DNA from: an uncultured Gemmatimonadales bacterium
Lineage (GTDB): Bacteria; Gemmatimonadota; Gemmatimonadetes; Gemmatimonadales; GWC2-71-9
Assembly (NCBI GenBank): GCA_963720365.1
Contig: CAVRFK010000004.1
Span: forward strand, 196,236 to 260,235
Direction: 5' to 3'
Length of the DNA stretch: 64,000 bases
In this document: positions 62,692 to 64,000 of the stretch, piece by piece
How the letters are laid out: each line of letters starts with the position of its first letter
Numbering within the stretch: the first letter of the stretch is position 1
Program-made: the position numbers and the translations under genes
Notes under the pieces: generated by a model
What the model saw: the letters and a program-made list of their open reading frames with translations, nothing else
Told to the model about the DNA's origin: nothing
Database searches by the model: none

Positions 62692-64000
62692 TCAGGCCAG
62701 CCCGGCTTCCTTCATGGTGTCGGTCTCGAACACCTTCATGAGGCTCTGGTCGTTGCCGAAGACGGCCCGCCTCGCGGCCTTCCAGCTCGCGATCTTCGGA
62801 GCGCCGTACATGTACCGGAGCTTCTCCGGCGTCAGCCCGGAGTTCTTCGACCAGTGCATCGTGTAGCGGATCCCTGCCTTCCGGAACGCCTCGTCCATCC
62901 GGTGCTCGAACTCGGGGAACCGATCGTCCCTGATCATGCCGTACTCGAACACCGCGGTGATCGGCTCGTGCTGCGTGAAGGCCAGCGTCCCTCTGGAGGC
63001 GCGGCAGAGCCTCACCTGATTGATCGAGGGCAGCCGCATCGCCCGGGCGACCTCAGAGGAGATGTCGATCGTCGCCGGCGCGTCCGCGACCGAGACGGCG
63101 TAGGCGCTCTCGATGTACCCCTCGAGGTAGTAGATCGACGAGGTGTAGATCTGGCCCGGCGTGCCGAGGACGTTGTTCAGCAGGGCGATCTTCCGATACT
63201 GCTTGTACTGCACGCCCGTGATGAGACCGGTCGGCAGTATCGAGCGGAGCAAGCCGAGGATCCCCAGGATGTTGATGCCGGGCGCGAAGCCTTTCTTGTC
63301 GCGGACGATCCAGCGGGGCTTCGGCGTCGGCACGAGTTGCCACGGCACCTGTGGCGCGCTCGCCACCATAGCCGTCTGCTTGCGGCTGTGGGGATCGAAG
63401 ATGAACTCGAAGTGATAGATGTCCTGCGGAGGCGCGACGGCGAATCCCCTGAGCTTCTGCTTCAGATCGACATAGCTCATGTCGACGATGGGCGGGAACT
63501 TGAGGAGATAGGCCGGGACGGTCTCCACCGCGATGGCGGCGATGATGCCGAACGTGCCGAAGCTGACCACGGCGGCGTTGAAGATGTCGTCGTCGCGGAT
63601 CAGCCGGGCGCCGATCTTGGCGGCGAAGGCCTCGTTCATCACCGGCTTCGACTGGCGCTCGATCCACAGCGTCTGGCCGCCGCCGGTGGCGAGGTGCAGG
63701 CCGGCGACGAAGTCGGGCATCGCCCCGAAAGTGAGCTGCGAGCCGTGGGTGTTCCCGGAAACGGAGCCGGCGACGGTCTGGCCGTTGCCGATCCCGGCCG
63801 CCTGGATCGCCCGCCGCTCGGCATCGTTCCGGGGGACTTGCTCGAGGTACGCGCTGAGCTCGGCGATCTGCATGCCGGCCTGGGCGAGGACGACCTGCCG
63901 GCGCTTGCCGGCCGGATACGCCTGGTCGAAGTACTGGTCCGCGATGTCGTAGCAGCTGTTCAGCAGCTTCGTGTTCACCAGCCAGCCGTCGGTCACGTTG
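62692..64000 (-). CDS. FAD-binding oxidoreductase (aldonolactone oxidase-like), 5' truncated by window edge
   Basis: QAGMQIAEL, QTVAGSVSGNTHGS, SFGTFGII, C-terminal HWSK. Confidence 0.82.
   Translation of the reverse strand, partial: NVTDGWLVNTKLLNSCYDIADQYFDQAYPAGKRRQVVLAQAGMQIAELSAYLEQVPRNDAERRAIQAAGIGNGQTVAGSVSGNTHGSQLTFGAMPDFVAGLHLATGGGQTLWIERQSKPVMNEAFAAKIGARLIRDDDIFNAAVVSFGTFGIIAAIAVETVPAYLLKFPPIVDMSYVDLKQKLRGFAVAPPQDIYHFEFIFDPHSRKQTAMVASAPQVPWQLVPTPKPRWIVRDKKGFAPGINILGILGLLRSILPTGLITGVQYKQYRKIALLNNVLGTPGQIYTSSIYYLEGYIESAYAVSVADAPATIDISSEVARAMRLPSINQVRLCRASRGTLAFTQHEPITAVFEYGMIRDDRFPEFEHRMDEAFRKAGIRYTMHWSKNSGLTPEKLRYMYGAPKIASWKAARRAVFGNDQSLMKVFETDTMKEAGLA

Overview
High-GC bacterial window. 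Gene content (several Hanks-type kinases, PIG-L protein, dense palindromic repeats) suggests Gemmatimonadota, which is inference only. Many housekeeping genes carry 1-nt frameshifts, consistent with an unpolished long-read assembly. Positions 1-40 kb are mostly core genes: acyl-CoA dehydrogenase, queF/queC/queE, gltA, acs, speA, cspA, infA, pepF, an amidase, an ABC transporter, a PIG-L protein and acnA. They are separated by several families of modular, nested palindromic repeats. Positions 40-64 kb are accessory: a DUF4160/DUF2442 TA-like pair, DUF3800, DUF3892, unknown secreted proteins, and an FAD oxidase-metallophosphoesterase-MlaE-MlaD operon with no MlaF in view. The most notable observations are: (i) a helical hypothetical gene with a sigma54 promoter abutting a degenerate 21-nt-period array; (ii) two unrelated accessory genes sharing a 21-bp-phased TGTCGC promoter architecture; (iii) nested repeats with interchangeable arms and a 73-bp cargo module; (iv) a pseudokinase-kinase tandem downstream of a degenerate HD hydrolase and a GGDEF gene; (v) an atypical MlaE/MlaD pair; (vi) a probable ATC start codon for speA. 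No rRNA, tRNA, CRISPR array, integrase or transposase was seen.
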